Shown: positions 38,114 to 47,186 of the stretch, in pieces
Position numbering within the stretch: the stretch's first letter is position 1
How the letters are laid out: the number at the start of each line of letters is the position of its first letter
Assembly: GCA_945870655.1 (NCBI GenBank)
Contig: CAMBSX010000001.1
Coordinates: 7,363 to 71,362, forward strand
From: Chthoniobacter flavus
GTDB taxonomy: Bacteria > Verrucomicrobiota > Verrucomicrobiia > Chthoniobacterales > JACTMZ01
Reading direction: 5' to 3'
DNA length: 64,000 bases
The notes under the pieces: generated by a model
Database searches by the model: none
Seen by the model: only the letters and a program-made list of their open reading frames with translations
Told to the model about the DNA's origin: nothing
Program-made: the position numbers and the translations under genes

Positions 38114-38604
38114 CGAATCCGGTCCGCTTTCGCCTCGTAGCGTCTCCAGAGTTCGAGCATCTCCTCACGGAGGCATTGCACGGCCGGCGTCAGTCTCTCG
38201 GCAATCGGCTTGGCCAGGTCTTCGTAAATGGGTTGGTCGTCGAATTGGCCGTAGCGCAAGGCGTCGGCGATAGTCGAGGCGTAGACCACGCGGTCGATGC
38301 GCGCCCAGAAGATGGCTCCCGCGCACATCGGACAGGGTTCGCTCGTGGTGTAGAGCGTGCATCCTGACAGGTCAAAAGTCTGCCGGGCCTTCGCCGCTGC
38401 CCGGATGGCCTCCATCTCGCCGTGCCACGTGGGATCCTTCCTTTTGACCACCTGATTTGAGCCCGCGGCGATGATCTTGCCGCCCTTGACGATAACGCAG
38501 CCAAACGGGCCACCGGTGCTGTCAACCAGCGCCGCCTTTTCGCCGAGTCTGAGCGCCTCGCGCATGAAGCGTTCGTCCTCGGCGGCGGGAACACGGAGGG
38601 GCAT
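38107..38604 (-). CDS. CDA-fold nucleoside/guanine deaminase (GuaD-like)
   Basis: Zinc motifs HGEMEAI and TSEPCPMCAGAIFWARI. The C-terminal tail (YGQFDDQPIYEDLAKPIAERLTP...Y) resembles B. subtilis guanine deaminase rather than TadA. Confidence 0.75.
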   Translation of the reverse strand: MPLRVPAAEDERFMREALRLGEKAALVDSTGGPFGCVIVKGGKIIAAGSNQVVKRKDPTWHGEMEAIRAAAKARQTFDLSGCTLYTTSEPCPMCAGAIFWARIDRVVYASTIADALRYGQFDDQPIYEDLAKPIAERLTPAVQCLREEMLELWRRYEAKADRIRY

Positions 38605-38608
38605 CGGC

Positions 38609-38887
38609 TCAAGCTTCGCGCCGCACAGCTTCTTTTGCTCGCTCGCGTTTTTCCTCGAGGCGCCGGATCTCGTCGGTCAACTGACGTTGGATCTTGGCTG
38701 CTTCGTCCGTTGCTCCGGCGGCCAGTGCCTTGGCTAATTCGCCCTGCAGAAGGAGTTCTTTGGCCGCGATGTCGGCTTTCCCTTTCGCTTCGATTGCGGC
38801 GATGCGTTGCTTTTGGTCGTCAGTGAGCTGCACGCCCGGGGCCTCGGCAGCAAGCCGTTCCATAGCGAGTTGGTATGCGGATTTCAT
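38609..38887 (-). CDS. Hypothetical small coiled-coil protein (92 aa)
   Basis: MKSAYQLAMERLAAEAPGVQLTDDQKQRIAAIEAKGKADIAAKE... has a charged heptad-like composition. It sits 4 nt upstream of the deaminase gene. I recognise no family. Confidence 0.45.
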   Translation of the reverse strand: MKSAYQLAMERLAAEAPGVQLTDDQKQRIAAIEAKGKADIAAKELLLQGELAKALAAGATDEAAKIQRQLTDEIRRLEEKRERAKEAVRREA

Positions 38888-38930
38888 GAGTCGGCTGGAT
38901 GTGGAAAGTTAGACCGTTTACGATTAAACC

Positions 38931-39704
38931 ATGAGTATTCGTTTGTTGAGCACCGATTTCGACGGGACGTTGGTTGGGCATCACCCGGACGCGCGCACCG
39001 CGAGGTCCTTGTCCGCGGCTCTCACCGGTTTGCGCCGCCAGGGGGCGGTTTGGGCGGTCAATACGGGAAGGCAGCTCTGGTTCGCACTTGAGGGGCTCGA
39101 ACAAGTAAACTTGCCGCATGACCCGGAGTTTGTCTTGACCAGCGAAAAAGACATTTATCGCCGCCTGGAAGAAGGAAGTTGGGAGGCGTTCGGTGACTGG
39201 AATGCGCAAACCGAGCGCCAGACGATTGATTTGTTCGGCCGTGCGGCCCACGTGATTACGGCGATCGAAACCATGGTCGCGTCGCGCGATGGGATTGAGT
39301 TGTTGTACGAAAACGGGCGCCTGGCCGGCCTCATGACCGAGGACCCCGCCACGATGGACCTCATGGCGGATACGGTGAGGGAACTGGCGGCTGCTGTTCC
39401 CGAGTTCTCCTTCAATCGCAATCACGTCTGGATGCGCTTCGCACACTTTGGGATCCACAAGGGATCCTCGCTGGCCGAATTGTCACGACTTCTGGGCGTT
39501 CCGCGGGAAGACGTGTTGGCGATCGGGGACCATCACAATGACATTCCGATGCTCGACGGTTCATCCGCCGCCATGGTCGCGTGTCCCTCGAATGCGGTGC
39601 CCGAGGTGCAAGAGTTGGTCCGGCGCAACGCCGGATATGTCTCGCCGTATCCGTGGGGTGAGGGGGTGGCGGATGCGATCCGCCATTTTTCGGAGGTCAG
39701 TTGA
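38931..39704 (+). CDS. HAD-superfamily hydrolase (Cof/HAD-IIB type)
   Basis: Motif I is LLSTDFDGTLVG. Motif IV is AIGDHHNDIPML. Confidence 0.8.
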   Translation: MSIRLLSTDFDGTLVGHHPDARTARSLSAALTGLRRQGAVWAVNTGRQLWFALEGLEQVNLPHDPEFVLTSEKDIYRRLEEGSWEAFGDWNAQTERQTIDLFGRAAHVITAIETMVASRDGIELLYENGRLAGLMTEDPATMDLMADTVRELAAAVPEFSFNRNHVWMRFAHFGIHKGSSLAELSRLLGVPREDVLAIGDHHNDIPMLDGSSAAMVACPSNAVPEVQELVRRNAGYVSPYPWGEGVADAIRHFSEVS

Positions 39705-40818
39705 TCAGTCCCCAGCGTCCGACGAACGGCCAGTAGACGACGAGTCCGCGGCCGACCACATTCTCCTCGGGGACCGGTCCGAAGTAGCGGCTGTCGCTGC
39801 TATGGTAACTGTTGTCGCCAAGGGCGAAGTAGGCTCCGGACGGCACGGTGTATTCCGCCTGCGGAGAACCGAGGATGGGAAAGGCGCCGCCGCCGGCACT
39901 CGTGTTGGAATAACCGGCATAGCCATCCCGACAGGACATGACGCGACGAAAAACAGGGAGTGAAGAAACTTTCCCGTCGACGTACAGGTCGGGTGGCTGG
40001 ATCTGCAAGGTCTGTCCACCGACGGCGGCAAGTCGTTTGATGTAGTATTGCGACCCCATGCCCGGCGGGATACCTGCTTCGATCCGGCGGATGCCGGTCG
40101 TGCGGAAGACAAAGACATCACCCGGCTTCGGCCGGACAAAGTTGTAGGAGACTTTGTCGACGAACAACTGGTCCCCGCTTTCGGCGTAGCCACGCACGAT
40201 GGGCTGGCCGCTGCGAAGCGGACGGCCGGGATGGATTTGAAAGTCGGTGCGGACAACGTTAAGCGGAGCGGGGACATGGTAAGTCCGGGTGCGGGTGATG
40301 ATCTCGGTCGAGGTGAAAAAGTGGAAGCGGGTGACCTCGCGGAGGCCGATGACCGAGTCGTCATTTTCCGCGCTGAGATCGATGTAAGTGCGCCCGCGCA
40401 GCACGAATTCGGCGACGCGCAGGGGCCACGCTGGTGGCGGCTCGACCGTGCGCGTACCGGTGACCCCGTAAAGGGTCGGCTGCATGGATCCGGTGGGAAT
40501 TTTGAACGGCTGCAGAAAGTAGGACCGGACGCCGAGGGCGATAACCAGAGCAACAAGGATGACCTCCGTATTTTCCCGTAGACCGGCCAAGCGCTGTTGG
40601 GGTGCGGCCTGGTCGAAGAGGTTGTGGAGCTTTTCCGTGGCCAGGGTGATGTCCTCGCGGTGATTAGTCCGCAGAGCGACTTCAAGTCTGGTCATGCCCT
40701 CGCGAAGGCCGATGATTTGCTTGTCGGGCAGAATGTCCCGCCGGTAGCGCAGCAGCTTGCGAGCCGCGCGGAGGACGAGTTTGGCTTCTTTGCGGTAACC
40801 GGGGGTCAGAAAAAACAT
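39697..40818 (-). CDS. lepB: Signal peptidase I
   Basis: FKIPTGSMQPTLYG (catalytic Ser box), YIKRLAAVGGQTL (Lys box), YFALGDNSYHSSDSRYFGPVPEENVVGRGLVVYWP. ATG 40818 is preferred. The track start at 40863 is a TTG. Confidence 0.85.
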   Translation of the reverse strand: MFFLTPGYRKEAKLVLRAARKLLRYRRDILPDKQIIGLREGMTRLEVALRTNHREDITLATEKLHNLFDQAAPQQRLAGLRENTEVILVALVIALGVRSYFLQPFKIPTGSMQPTLYGVTGTRTVEPPPAWPLRVAEFVLRGRTYIDLSAENDDSVIGLREVTRFHFFTSTEIITRTRTYHVPAPLNVVRTDFQIHPGRPLRSGQPIVRGYAESGDQLFVDKVSYNFVRPKPGDVFVFRTTGIRRIEAGIPPGMGSQYYIKRLAAVGGQTLQIQPPDLYVDGKVSSLPVFRRVMSCRDGYAGYSNTSAGGGAFPILGSPQAEYTVPSGAYFALGDNSYHSSDSRYFGPVPEENVVGRGLVVYWPFVGRWGLIN

Positions 40819-40875
40819 GCGGAAATCAGCTGAATAGTCTCGCCGCACAGCGGGAAAAGGCAATGCCGCTCTCGT

Positions 40876-41106
40876 TCAGGCCAGGGGCTCACTATCCTCC
40901 AGACGGGCATCGTCGAGTTGCCCGCCTGCCGTGGCGATATGTGAAAGGGCGTGATCGATGGCATCAAGAGCTCCGGTGACCGGGGAGTGGCTGGAGCGCG
41001 GGAGATCGGCGAGCGCGAGCTGAGCACCTTGCAGGGCGTTTTTGGCCTGCTGCAGGGACCGATCAGCGGCCCGGAAGCGCTTGGCCCGAGGGTCGAGGGA
41101 GTTCAC
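40876..41106 (-). CDS. Hypothetical 76-aa protein, translationally coupled to the upstream Cys-rich mini-ORF
   Basis: The GTG start overlaps the stop of the 46-codon ORF (GTGA). The sequence MNSLDPRAKRFRAADRSLQQAKNALQGAQLALADL... looks helical, with no signal peptide. I recognise no family. Confidence 0.35.
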   Translation of the reverse strand: MNSLDPRAKRFRAADRSLQQAKNALQGAQLALADLPRSSHSPVTGALDAIDHALSHIATAGGQLDDARLEDSEPLA

Positions 41107-41243
41107 GGCGCCTTCGGGTTTTCGTCATGCTTGCACCGGCAGGTGGTGGAGCACTTGGCTTTGCACCCGCAGTCTTTGCACTGGGCCCGGACGGAGGTGC
41201 CAGCCAGGACCAGAAGGCCGAAAAAAATAAGGGCAAATTTCAT
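41103..41243 (-). CDS. Secreted cysteine-rich mini-protein (46 aa precursor, ~26 aa mature)
   Basis: This is the tail of ORF 41103..41330, starting at ATG 41243: MKFALIFFGLLVLAGTSVRA|QCKDCGCKAKCSTTCRCKHDENPKAP. It has a classical signal peptide with a V-R-A cleavage motif, then 6 Cys in 16 residues (C-x2-C-x-C-x3-C-x3-C-x-C). Confidence 0.5.
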   Translation of the reverse strand: MKFALIFFGLLVLAGTSVRAQCKDCGCKAKCSTTCRCKHDENPKAP

Positions 41244-41341
41244 GAGGCGGCAATTTAGCCTGCTCTCAAGGCCATGGCAAACGCGTGGCCTCCTTAAATG
41301 TCCATGGCCTACCGAACAACGCGCGGTCATCGCGGGCTTCG

Positions 41342-42703
41342 TCAGCGGGAAACGGTAGCCGAGGACAACCGACTAAAACTTTTGTCGAGGACTCCGAGGA
41401 GAAAGTCGGCGTCGGCCTGCGTGATGCACATGGGTGGGGCGAAGCGGATGACTTGTCCGTGCAGGCCGCCTTTGCCGAGAAGGAGGCCGAGATCGCGGGC
41501 GGTCTCGAGGACTTGGGCACATTCGACTGTGGCGGGTTCCTTGGTCTTGCGGTCCTTCACCAGTTCGATGCCGAGCATGAGACCTTTGCCGCGAACATCT
41601 CCGATGATCGCGTGCCTTTGCTTCAGCTTGTTCAGGCCGGCCAGAATGTAGGCACCCGTTTTGCGGGAGTTTTCCTGGAGACCATCGTTTTCGATGACCT
41701 CCAGCACGGCTTTGCCCATAGCGGTGGCCACAGGGTTACCGCCGAAGGTATTGAAATGGACTTTGCCGGCAAGCGATTGCGCCACCTCCGGGGTGGTCAC
41801 CACCGCAGCGAGTGGACAGCCGTTGCCGATACCCTTGGCCATGGTCACGATATCCGGGATCACGCCCTGTGTTTCGAATCCCCAAAAGTGTGTGCCGGTG
41901 CGGCCGAAGCCGGTCTGTACTTCGTCGGCGATGCACACCCCGCCGGCGGCGCGAACGTATCCGTAGACGTGTTGAAGATAGCCTGCCGGGAACTCCACGA
42001 ACCCGCCAACACCCTGAATGGATTCCGCGATGAAGCCGGCGATTTTGCCCGGCGTGGCGTATGCGATGAGTTCTTTGACATCATTGGCGTACTTAGCCCC
42101 TGCCTCGGGATCCTCGTAACCGAAGGTGCCACGGTAAGGGTAGGGTGCGAGCGCGTGGTGGAAACCGAACCCGTGCGGCACGTTGTATTTCCACGTGCTA
42201 TGGGCCGTGACGCCCATCGTCGACTGGTTGCCACCGTGGTACGCGTTGCGCAGGGCAATGATGTCATAATTGCCGGTGTGCGCTCGCGCCATCATGAGAG
42301 CAAGATCATTGGCCTCGGAACCGGAATTGACAAAATAACAGACCTTCAAATTGCCCGGCATTTTCGAAGCAAGCTTCTCCGCGTATTGCGCGACATTGGG
42401 ATGGAGGTAGATCGTGGTGGAGTGCTGGTAGACTTCGCTCTGCCGGTTGCCGGCCGAGATGACGTGCGGGTGGCAATGGCCGACACTGATCGTGACGATG
42501 CCGCCTAAGCCGTCGAGGTAGCGGCGGCCCTCCTCGTCCCAGACGTACTGACGGTGACCCTCCACAATCATGAGCGGCTTTTTGTAATAGAGGAAGATGC
42601 CGGGGTTCATGAACGTCTGGCGCAGGGCCAGCACCTCGCGGGCGGAAGGACCTTCGTAAGGAAGGGGCTGATGATCGCAGGGTGGAAGTGGCGGTAGTTT
42701 CAT
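41342..42703 (-). CDS. Class III PLP aminotransferase, AGXT2-like (beta-alanine / 3-aminoisobutyrate--pyruvate type)
   Basis: [12 protein letters not shown] ... [10 protein letters not shown] ... [11 protein letters not shown] ... [13 protein letters not shown] (PLP lysine). The overall N-terminus ([27 protein letters not shown]) is AGXT2-like. Confidence 0.85.
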   Translation of the reverse strand: MKLPPLPPCDHQPLPYEGPSAREVLALRQTFMNPGIFLYYKKPLMIVEGHRQYVWDEEGRRYLDGLGGIVTISVGHCHPHVISAGNRQSEVYQHSTTIYLHPNVAQYAEKLASKMPGNLKVCYFVNSGSEANDLALMMARAHTGNYDIIALRNAYHGGNQSTMGVTAHSTWKYNVPHGFGFHHALAPYPYRGTFGYEDPEAGAKYANDVKELIAYATPGKIAGFIAESIQGVGGFVEFPAGYLQHVYGYVRAAGGVCIADEVQTGFGRTGTHFWGFETQGVIPDIVTMAKGIGNGCPLAAVVTTPEVAQSLAGKVHFNTFGGNPVATAMGKAVLEVIENDGLQENSRKTGAYILAGLNKLKQRHAIIGDVRGKGLMLGIELVKDRKTKEPATVECAQVLETARDLGLLLGKGGLHGQVIRFAPPMCITQADADFLLGVLDKSFSRLSSATVSR

Positions 42704-42781
42704 CGGTGCATCGCAGTCATGTCCGTGCTCCAGGCCCGGTACGGGAGTAGGTACAAACCAGACATGAAAGACTATTCCTAC

Positions 42782-44275
42782 TCAGATCTCAGCCCAGATC
42801 GAATTTTCGCCGTGGCCAAACCAGCGCGATGTGGTCACTTTCTGTCGGGTGAAGAAGTGGACGCTTTCGCGTCCCTGGAGGTGAAGATCACCGAAAAATG
42901 ACTGGCTCATGCCGCTGAATGGAAAAAAAGCGAGGGGAGCCGGCACACCGATGTTGACGCCGATCATGCCGGCTTGGATGCGGTGGCGGAATTCGCGGGC
43001 CGCTTTGCCGCTCTGGGTGAAGATGGCGGCGCCATTGCCGTAGGCCGAGTCGTTGGCCAACTCGATGGCGGCGCCGAGGTCTTCCATGCGGACAACATTG
43101 AGCACCGGCCCGAAAACTTCTTCCTTCATGGTAACCATGTCGGGAAGCACATGGTCGAGCACGGTGGGGCCGACGTAGAAGCCCTTGGGAGCGGAGGAGA
43201 CTCTGGTGAGGCGCCCATCGGTCAGCGGTTTGGCGCCTTGATCGGTAGCCTGCGTGATCAAATCGCCGACGCGGTTGGCGTGCTCGCGGGAGATGACCGC
43301 GCCCATCTGGGCCTGTGGGTCGCGGTCGGTGGCGCCGACGCGGATATTCGCAACGACATCGACGAGTGCGGGAAGGACGATGTCGGCTGCTGCACCGATC
43401 ACAATGGCCGTGGAGCCGGCCATGCAGCGCTGACCGGCGCAACCGAAGGCGGACTCGGCAAGTCCGGCGGCGGAATGGGTGACATCGGCATCAGGCATGA
43501 CGAGGATAAAGTTTTTTGCTCCGCCGGCGGCTTGCACCCTTTTTCCGTGCGCGGTGCCGGTTTGGAAGATGTATTTGGCCACAGGGGTCGAACCGACGAA
43601 GGAGATTGCTTCGATCGCGGGATGGCGCAAGATGGCGTCGACTGCTTCACGGCCTCCGTGAACAAGGTTGAGGACTCCGTCGGGTAGTCCGGCCTTTTGC
43701 GCAAGTTCCGCGATGCGGATCGAGGTGATAGGGACTTTCTCGCTCGGTTTGAGCACGAAGGTGTTTCCGCAGGCGACGGCCATGGGCCACATCCACAGCG
43801 GGACCATGGCGGGAAAGTTGAAAGGGGCGATGCCGGCTACGACGCCGAGCGGTTGGCGGATAGAATCGCAGTCGATGCCGCGGGCGACATTCTCCAGGGA
43901 CTCTCCCATCAGGAGGGTCGGGGCACCGCAGGCGAACTCGATGCTCTCAAGTCCTCGGCGGACATCACCACGTGCTTCGCCCAGGGTTTTGCCGTTTTCG
44001 CGGGTCACGAGTTGGGCCAACTCTTCAAAATGAGTCTCCAGCAGGACCTTGAGTTTCATCAAGATCCTCGCCCGTTCGACCGGCGGGGTTTCCATCCATG
44101 ACGGGTAAGCACGGCTGGCGGCCCGGACCGCCTGGTCGACGATGTCGGCTCCGCAGACCGGAGTCTCGGCGATGAGGTCGCCAGTCGAGGGATTGTGAAC
44201 AGCGGTGGTGGGGAGACCGCGGACTTCTATCCACTCGCCCCCGATAAATAGAGGAACGAGGAGGTTTTTGCTCAT
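42782..44275 (-). CDS. mmsA: CoA-acylating methylmalonate-semialdehyde dehydrogenase
   Basis: ORF 42782..44614 trimmed to ATG 44275 (MSKNLLVPLFIGGEWIEV). It has the ALDH fold (FNFPAMVPLWMWPMAVACGNTFVLKPSEKVP; catalytic GCAGQRCMA). The C-terminal FPFSGMSQSFFGDLH is typical of MmsA. Confidence 0.9.
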   Translation of the reverse strand: MSKNLLVPLFIGGEWIEVRGLPTTAVHNPSTGDLIAETPVCGADIVDQAVRAASRAYPSWMETPPVERARILMKLKVLLETHFEELAQLVTRENGKTLGEARGDVRRGLESIEFACGAPTLLMGESLENVARGIDCDSIRQPLGVVAGIAPFNFPAMVPLWMWPMAVACGNTFVLKPSEKVPITSIRIAELAQKAGLPDGVLNLVHGGREAVDAILRHPAIEAISFVGSTPVAKYIFQTGTAHGKRVQAAGGAKNFILVMPDADVTHSAAGLAESAFGCAGQRCMAGSTAIVIGAAADIVLPALVDVVANIRVGATDRDPQAQMGAVISREHANRVGDLITQATDQGAKPLTDGRLTRVSSAPKGFYVGPTVLDHVLPDMVTMKEEVFGPVLNVVRMEDLGAAIELANDSAYGNGAAIFTQSGKAAREFRHRIQAGMIGVNIGVPAPLAFFPFSGMSQSFFGDLHLQGRESVHFFTRQKVTTSRWFGHGENSIWAEI

Positions 44276-44482
44276 GGCGACAATTGGCGTGATGGCAAGA
44301 AAATGACTTGTCAAGGGAATCATCGTCCGGATCAAGCGGAAAGCAAACAACGGGTTGGGACATGCGGCCAAACAGAGTGATTCGGGGAAGGCCGAGCACG
44401 GCGCGGCCCAGAACAGATTCGGGGGCCGGGAGCATGATTTGTCACACTCCCCTGCTTGCCGCAACGGGTGTCGGGGGTGAAT

Positions 44483-45271
44483 ATGGGCTTGATGAGGCTT
44501 ACTCGCCGGAAGCTCGCGCCAGGTCTGGCCTTGCGGGCAGCCTTGCGGCAGTTGCTGAGGCAGGTGCTGCGGGCGATCGACAAGTTTCCGCAAGACCCCG
44601 CGGGTCAGGCCCATTTCGTGCGCACCCGCGTCAAGCGGCTGCAGTCATTGTCTCGGTTGGTGCCGCGCGGCAAGGTCTGGCAAGAAACATTTTTAGAACC
44701 ATGTCGTGCCTTGAAAGATCTCTTCGCGGAGACGCGTGACCTCACCATCGTGCAGACCTTTGCTGGCAAGTACGCGCCGGGTGAAGCTCATCATTTGCGG
44801 GTCTCCTTGCCTCCGGATCTGGTGGAGGCGGGGCGACTGGCGAAAAGCGCTGTCGATTTGCTGGCCGAGAATCCGCCATGGGCCAAGGTCGAATGGAAAG
44901 AAGTTGCCCATCTCGCAGTGGACACTTACCGCGCGGCCCGAGCCGCGTGGAAGAAGGCCAGCTACCGCGAAGCGCCAGACGAGGTGTTCCATGCCTGGCG
45001 GAGGAGGGTCAAGCGCCTGCTCTACCAATGCGAATATCTCGGGGGGCGGGAACGGCTCGTCCGTTTCACCCGCCGGGTGGACCGACTCGGGGAGATTCTG
45101 GGCAACCTCCAAGACGTGTGTCTGGCCGAGAGGTGGTTGAAAAAGCAAAAAACCTTGCCGGTTCTTTCGGATCTGTCGTGCAGAAAAGAGTCCATGCGGC
45201 GCGCGGCCTTGCGTCTGGCTCCGGTTCTGCTCGGGCCCAAGCCGAAGGAATTCCGGCGGATGCTGGGATAA
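44483..45271 (+). CDS. CHAD domain-containing protein
   Basis: ORF 44456..45271 trimmed to ATG 44483. It is helical, with conserved His/Arg pairs (HFVRTRVKRLQS ... FHAWRRRVKRLLYQCEYLG ... LGNLQD), as in CHAD domains. Confidence 0.6.
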   Translation: MGLMRLTRRKLAPGLALRAALRQLLRQVLRAIDKFPQDPAGQAHFVRTRVKRLQSLSRLVPRGKVWQETFLEPCRALKDLFAETRDLTIVQTFAGKYAPGEAHHLRVSLPPDLVEAGRLAKSAVDLLAENPPWAKVEWKEVAHLAVDTYRAARAAWKKASYREAPDEVFHAWRRRVKRLLYQCEYLGGRERLVRFTRRVDRLGEILGNLQDVCLAERWLKKQKTLPVLSDLSCRKESMRRAALRLAPVLLGPKPKEFRRMLG

Positions 45272-45280
45272 TGAGGGCTT

Positions 45281-45550
45281 GTGCTCGTGGGAAGCCGAGC
45301 GGGTCATCAGGTGCCGCCCATGCTCACGCTCGTTACTGCGACTGGTTTGCTGGGCGGCCCACCGACGCAGCGCGGCACCTACAACATCGTCCTGGAGAGC
45401 TGCAACGCACTCGGCGAGAAGCCCTGCAGTCGTCTGTGCTCACGATTGCGGGCGGTTCCTCGCCCACTTTTCGGACTGGCTCGGCAACTACCCCTCTATT
45501 TCCGATCCCACGCCGGGAGCGGAGCCCGACGGCGACGCTACAGCAGGTAG
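45281..45550 (+). pseudogene. Possible remnant of an Ig-like (He_PIG / cadherin-like repeat) surface-protein gene
   Basis: ORF 45281..45550 contains VTATGLLGGPPTQRGTYNIVLESCNALGE. This resembles the (D..TG.LSGTPT..GTY.IT..A.N..G) repeat of large surface proteins, but only one repeat is present and it is followed by Arg-rich junk. It lies in a 284-bp gap between convergent genes. Confidence 0.2.
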
Positions 45551-45555
45551 ACCGC

Positions 45556-46299
45556 CTATTTGAGGTCCAGCACATCCTGCATGTCGTAAAGACCCGCAGG
45601 TTGCCGGGAGGCCCATTTGGCGGCGCGAAGGGCGCCGCGGGCGAAGGTGTCGCGGTTGGAGGCTTTGTGGGTGAGTTCGAGGCGTTCGCCGGGGGCGGCG
45701 TAGATGACGGTGTGATCTCCGACCACGTCGCCGCCGCGGATGGCGTGGACGCCGATTTCGTTGCTCGTGCGTTCGCCGACGATGCCGGCGCGGCCGTGGC
45801 GGGCAGCTTCGGCGTAGTCGAGTTGGCGGACTTCGGCGAGGATTTCGGCCAGATGACGGGCGGTGCCGGAGGGGGAATCTTTTTTCAGACGGTGATGCAT
45901 TTCGACGACTTCTAGGTCGAAGTCGGGGCCGAGGATTTCGGCGGCTTTGCGGGTGAGCCAGAAAAGGGTGTTCACGCCGACGCTATAGTTCGGCGAAAAG
46001 ACGAGCGGGATCTTGGCCGCGGCTTGGTTGATCAGCTCACGCTCGGCGAGTTCGTGTCCGGTTGTGCCGATGACGAGGACCTTGCCGGCGTCGGCGCAGG
46101 CTTTGGCGACCTGGCCGGTGATGTGGGTGGCGGAGAAGTCGATGATGGCATCGCACCGGGCAAGAGCGGCAGGGAAATTGTCGTTCGCGTCGACGGTGGC
46201 GGTGACTTCAAGCTCCGGGTCCTCGGCGGCGCAGCGAATGAGGGCTTGGCCCATGCGGCCTTGGGCGCCGTGAATACAGAGGCGGAGGGGTGTGGTCAT
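45556..46299 (-). CDS. dapB: 4-hydroxy-tetrahydrodipicolinate reductase
   Basis: LRLCIHGAQGRMGQALI (NAD(P) binding), VIGTTG, EMHHRLKKDSPSGTA. Confidence 0.95.
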   Translation of the reverse strand: MTTPLRLCIHGAQGRMGQALIRCAAEDPELEVTATVDANDNFPAALARCDAIIDFSATHITGQVAKACADAGKVLVIGTTGHELAERELINQAAAKIPLVFSPNYSVGVNTLFWLTRKAAEILGPDFDLEVVEMHHRLKKDSPSGTARHLAEILAEVRQLDYAEAARHGRAGIVGERTSNEIGVHAIRGGDVVGDHTVIYAAPGERLELTHKASNRDTFARGALRAAKWASRQPAGLYDMQDVLDLK

Positions 46300-47174
46300 G
46301 GGAGGAGTCCGAGGTCGGCGAGGGTGGCGCGGACCAGTTGGCGGTTTTCCTCGGTCATTTCGACCAGTGGGAGACGGACCTCTGGCGAGAGGTCCATGGT
46401 CAGCGACAATGCGTATTTGGCAGGAGAGGGGTTGCTTTCGAGGAAAAGGTTTTTGAACAGCGGGTAGAGGCGGCGATGAAGCTGTTCGGCTCGGACCATT
46501 TGTCCGTCGCGCGCCACCCGCACGAGTTCACTGATCCGGCCGGGCGCGAGATTGGAGGCCACGCTGATGACCCCGACGGCGCCGACGGAAATGAACGGGA
46601 GAGTGAGTGAGTCGTCGCCGGAGATGATTTCGAAAGTGTCGGGGATGGTCTGGCGGAGTTGGCTGACACGCTCGACGCTGCCGCCAGCTTCTTTGATCGC
46701 CACGACATTCGGGCAATCTTTGGCCAGGCGCTCCACGACGGCCACGCCGATCTCGACGCCGCAGCGTCCGGGAATACTGTAGAGAATTATGGGCAGTTTG
46801 GTCGCTTCGGCAATGGAGTGGAAGTGGCGGTAAAGCCCCTCGGGCGTCGGTTTGTTGTAGTAAGGAGCGACAATGAGGGCGCCGTCCGCACCGGCCTTTT
46901 CCGCATCCAGCGTGAGGGCGATGGCTTCGTCGGTCGAGTTAGATCCTGTGCCCGCGACGACTTTGACCCGCCCGGCAGCTATCTCAATGGCTGCTTTGAT
47001 GACGTCGCGGTGTTCGTCATGCGAGAGAGTGGGAGATTCCCCGGTGGTGCCTACGGGGACGATGCCGTCAACGCCGCCGGCAATTTGGGCCTCGATCAGT
47101 CGACGGAAGCCATCGTAGTCGACGTGGCCGTTGCGGAACGGCGTGATCAGTGCAGTGTAGGTGCCGGCAAACAT
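46296..47174 (-). CDS. dapA: 4-hydroxy-tetrahydrodipicolinate synthase
   Basis: ALITPF ... GIVPVGTTGESPTLSHDEH ... VAIKEAGG (Schiff-base Lys region). The stop overlaps the dapB start. Confidence 0.95.
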   Translation of the reverse strand: MFAGTYTALITPFRNGHVDYDGFRRLIEAQIAGGVDGIVPVGTTGESPTLSHDEHRDVIKAAIEIAAGRVKVVAGTGSNSTDEAIALTLDAEKAGADGALIVAPYYNKPTPEGLYRHFHSIAEATKLPIILYSIPGRCGVEIGVAVVERLAKDCPNVVAIKEAGGSVERVSQLRQTIPDTFEIISGDDSLTLPFISVGAVGVISVASNLAPGRISELVRVARDGQMVRAEQLHRRLYPLFKNLFLESNPSPAKYALSLTMDLSPEVRLPLVEMTEENRQLVRATLADLGLLP

Positions 47175-47186
47175 GGGAGCAGTGAA

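Noticed and set aside
45279-45563. The 94-aa Cys-containing ORF in the CHAD/dapB gap.
   Set aside because: It has an Arg/Ser/Ala-rich composition with no signal peptide or motif. The alternative frame carrying the Ig-like repeat remnant explains the region better, and even that is low confidence.
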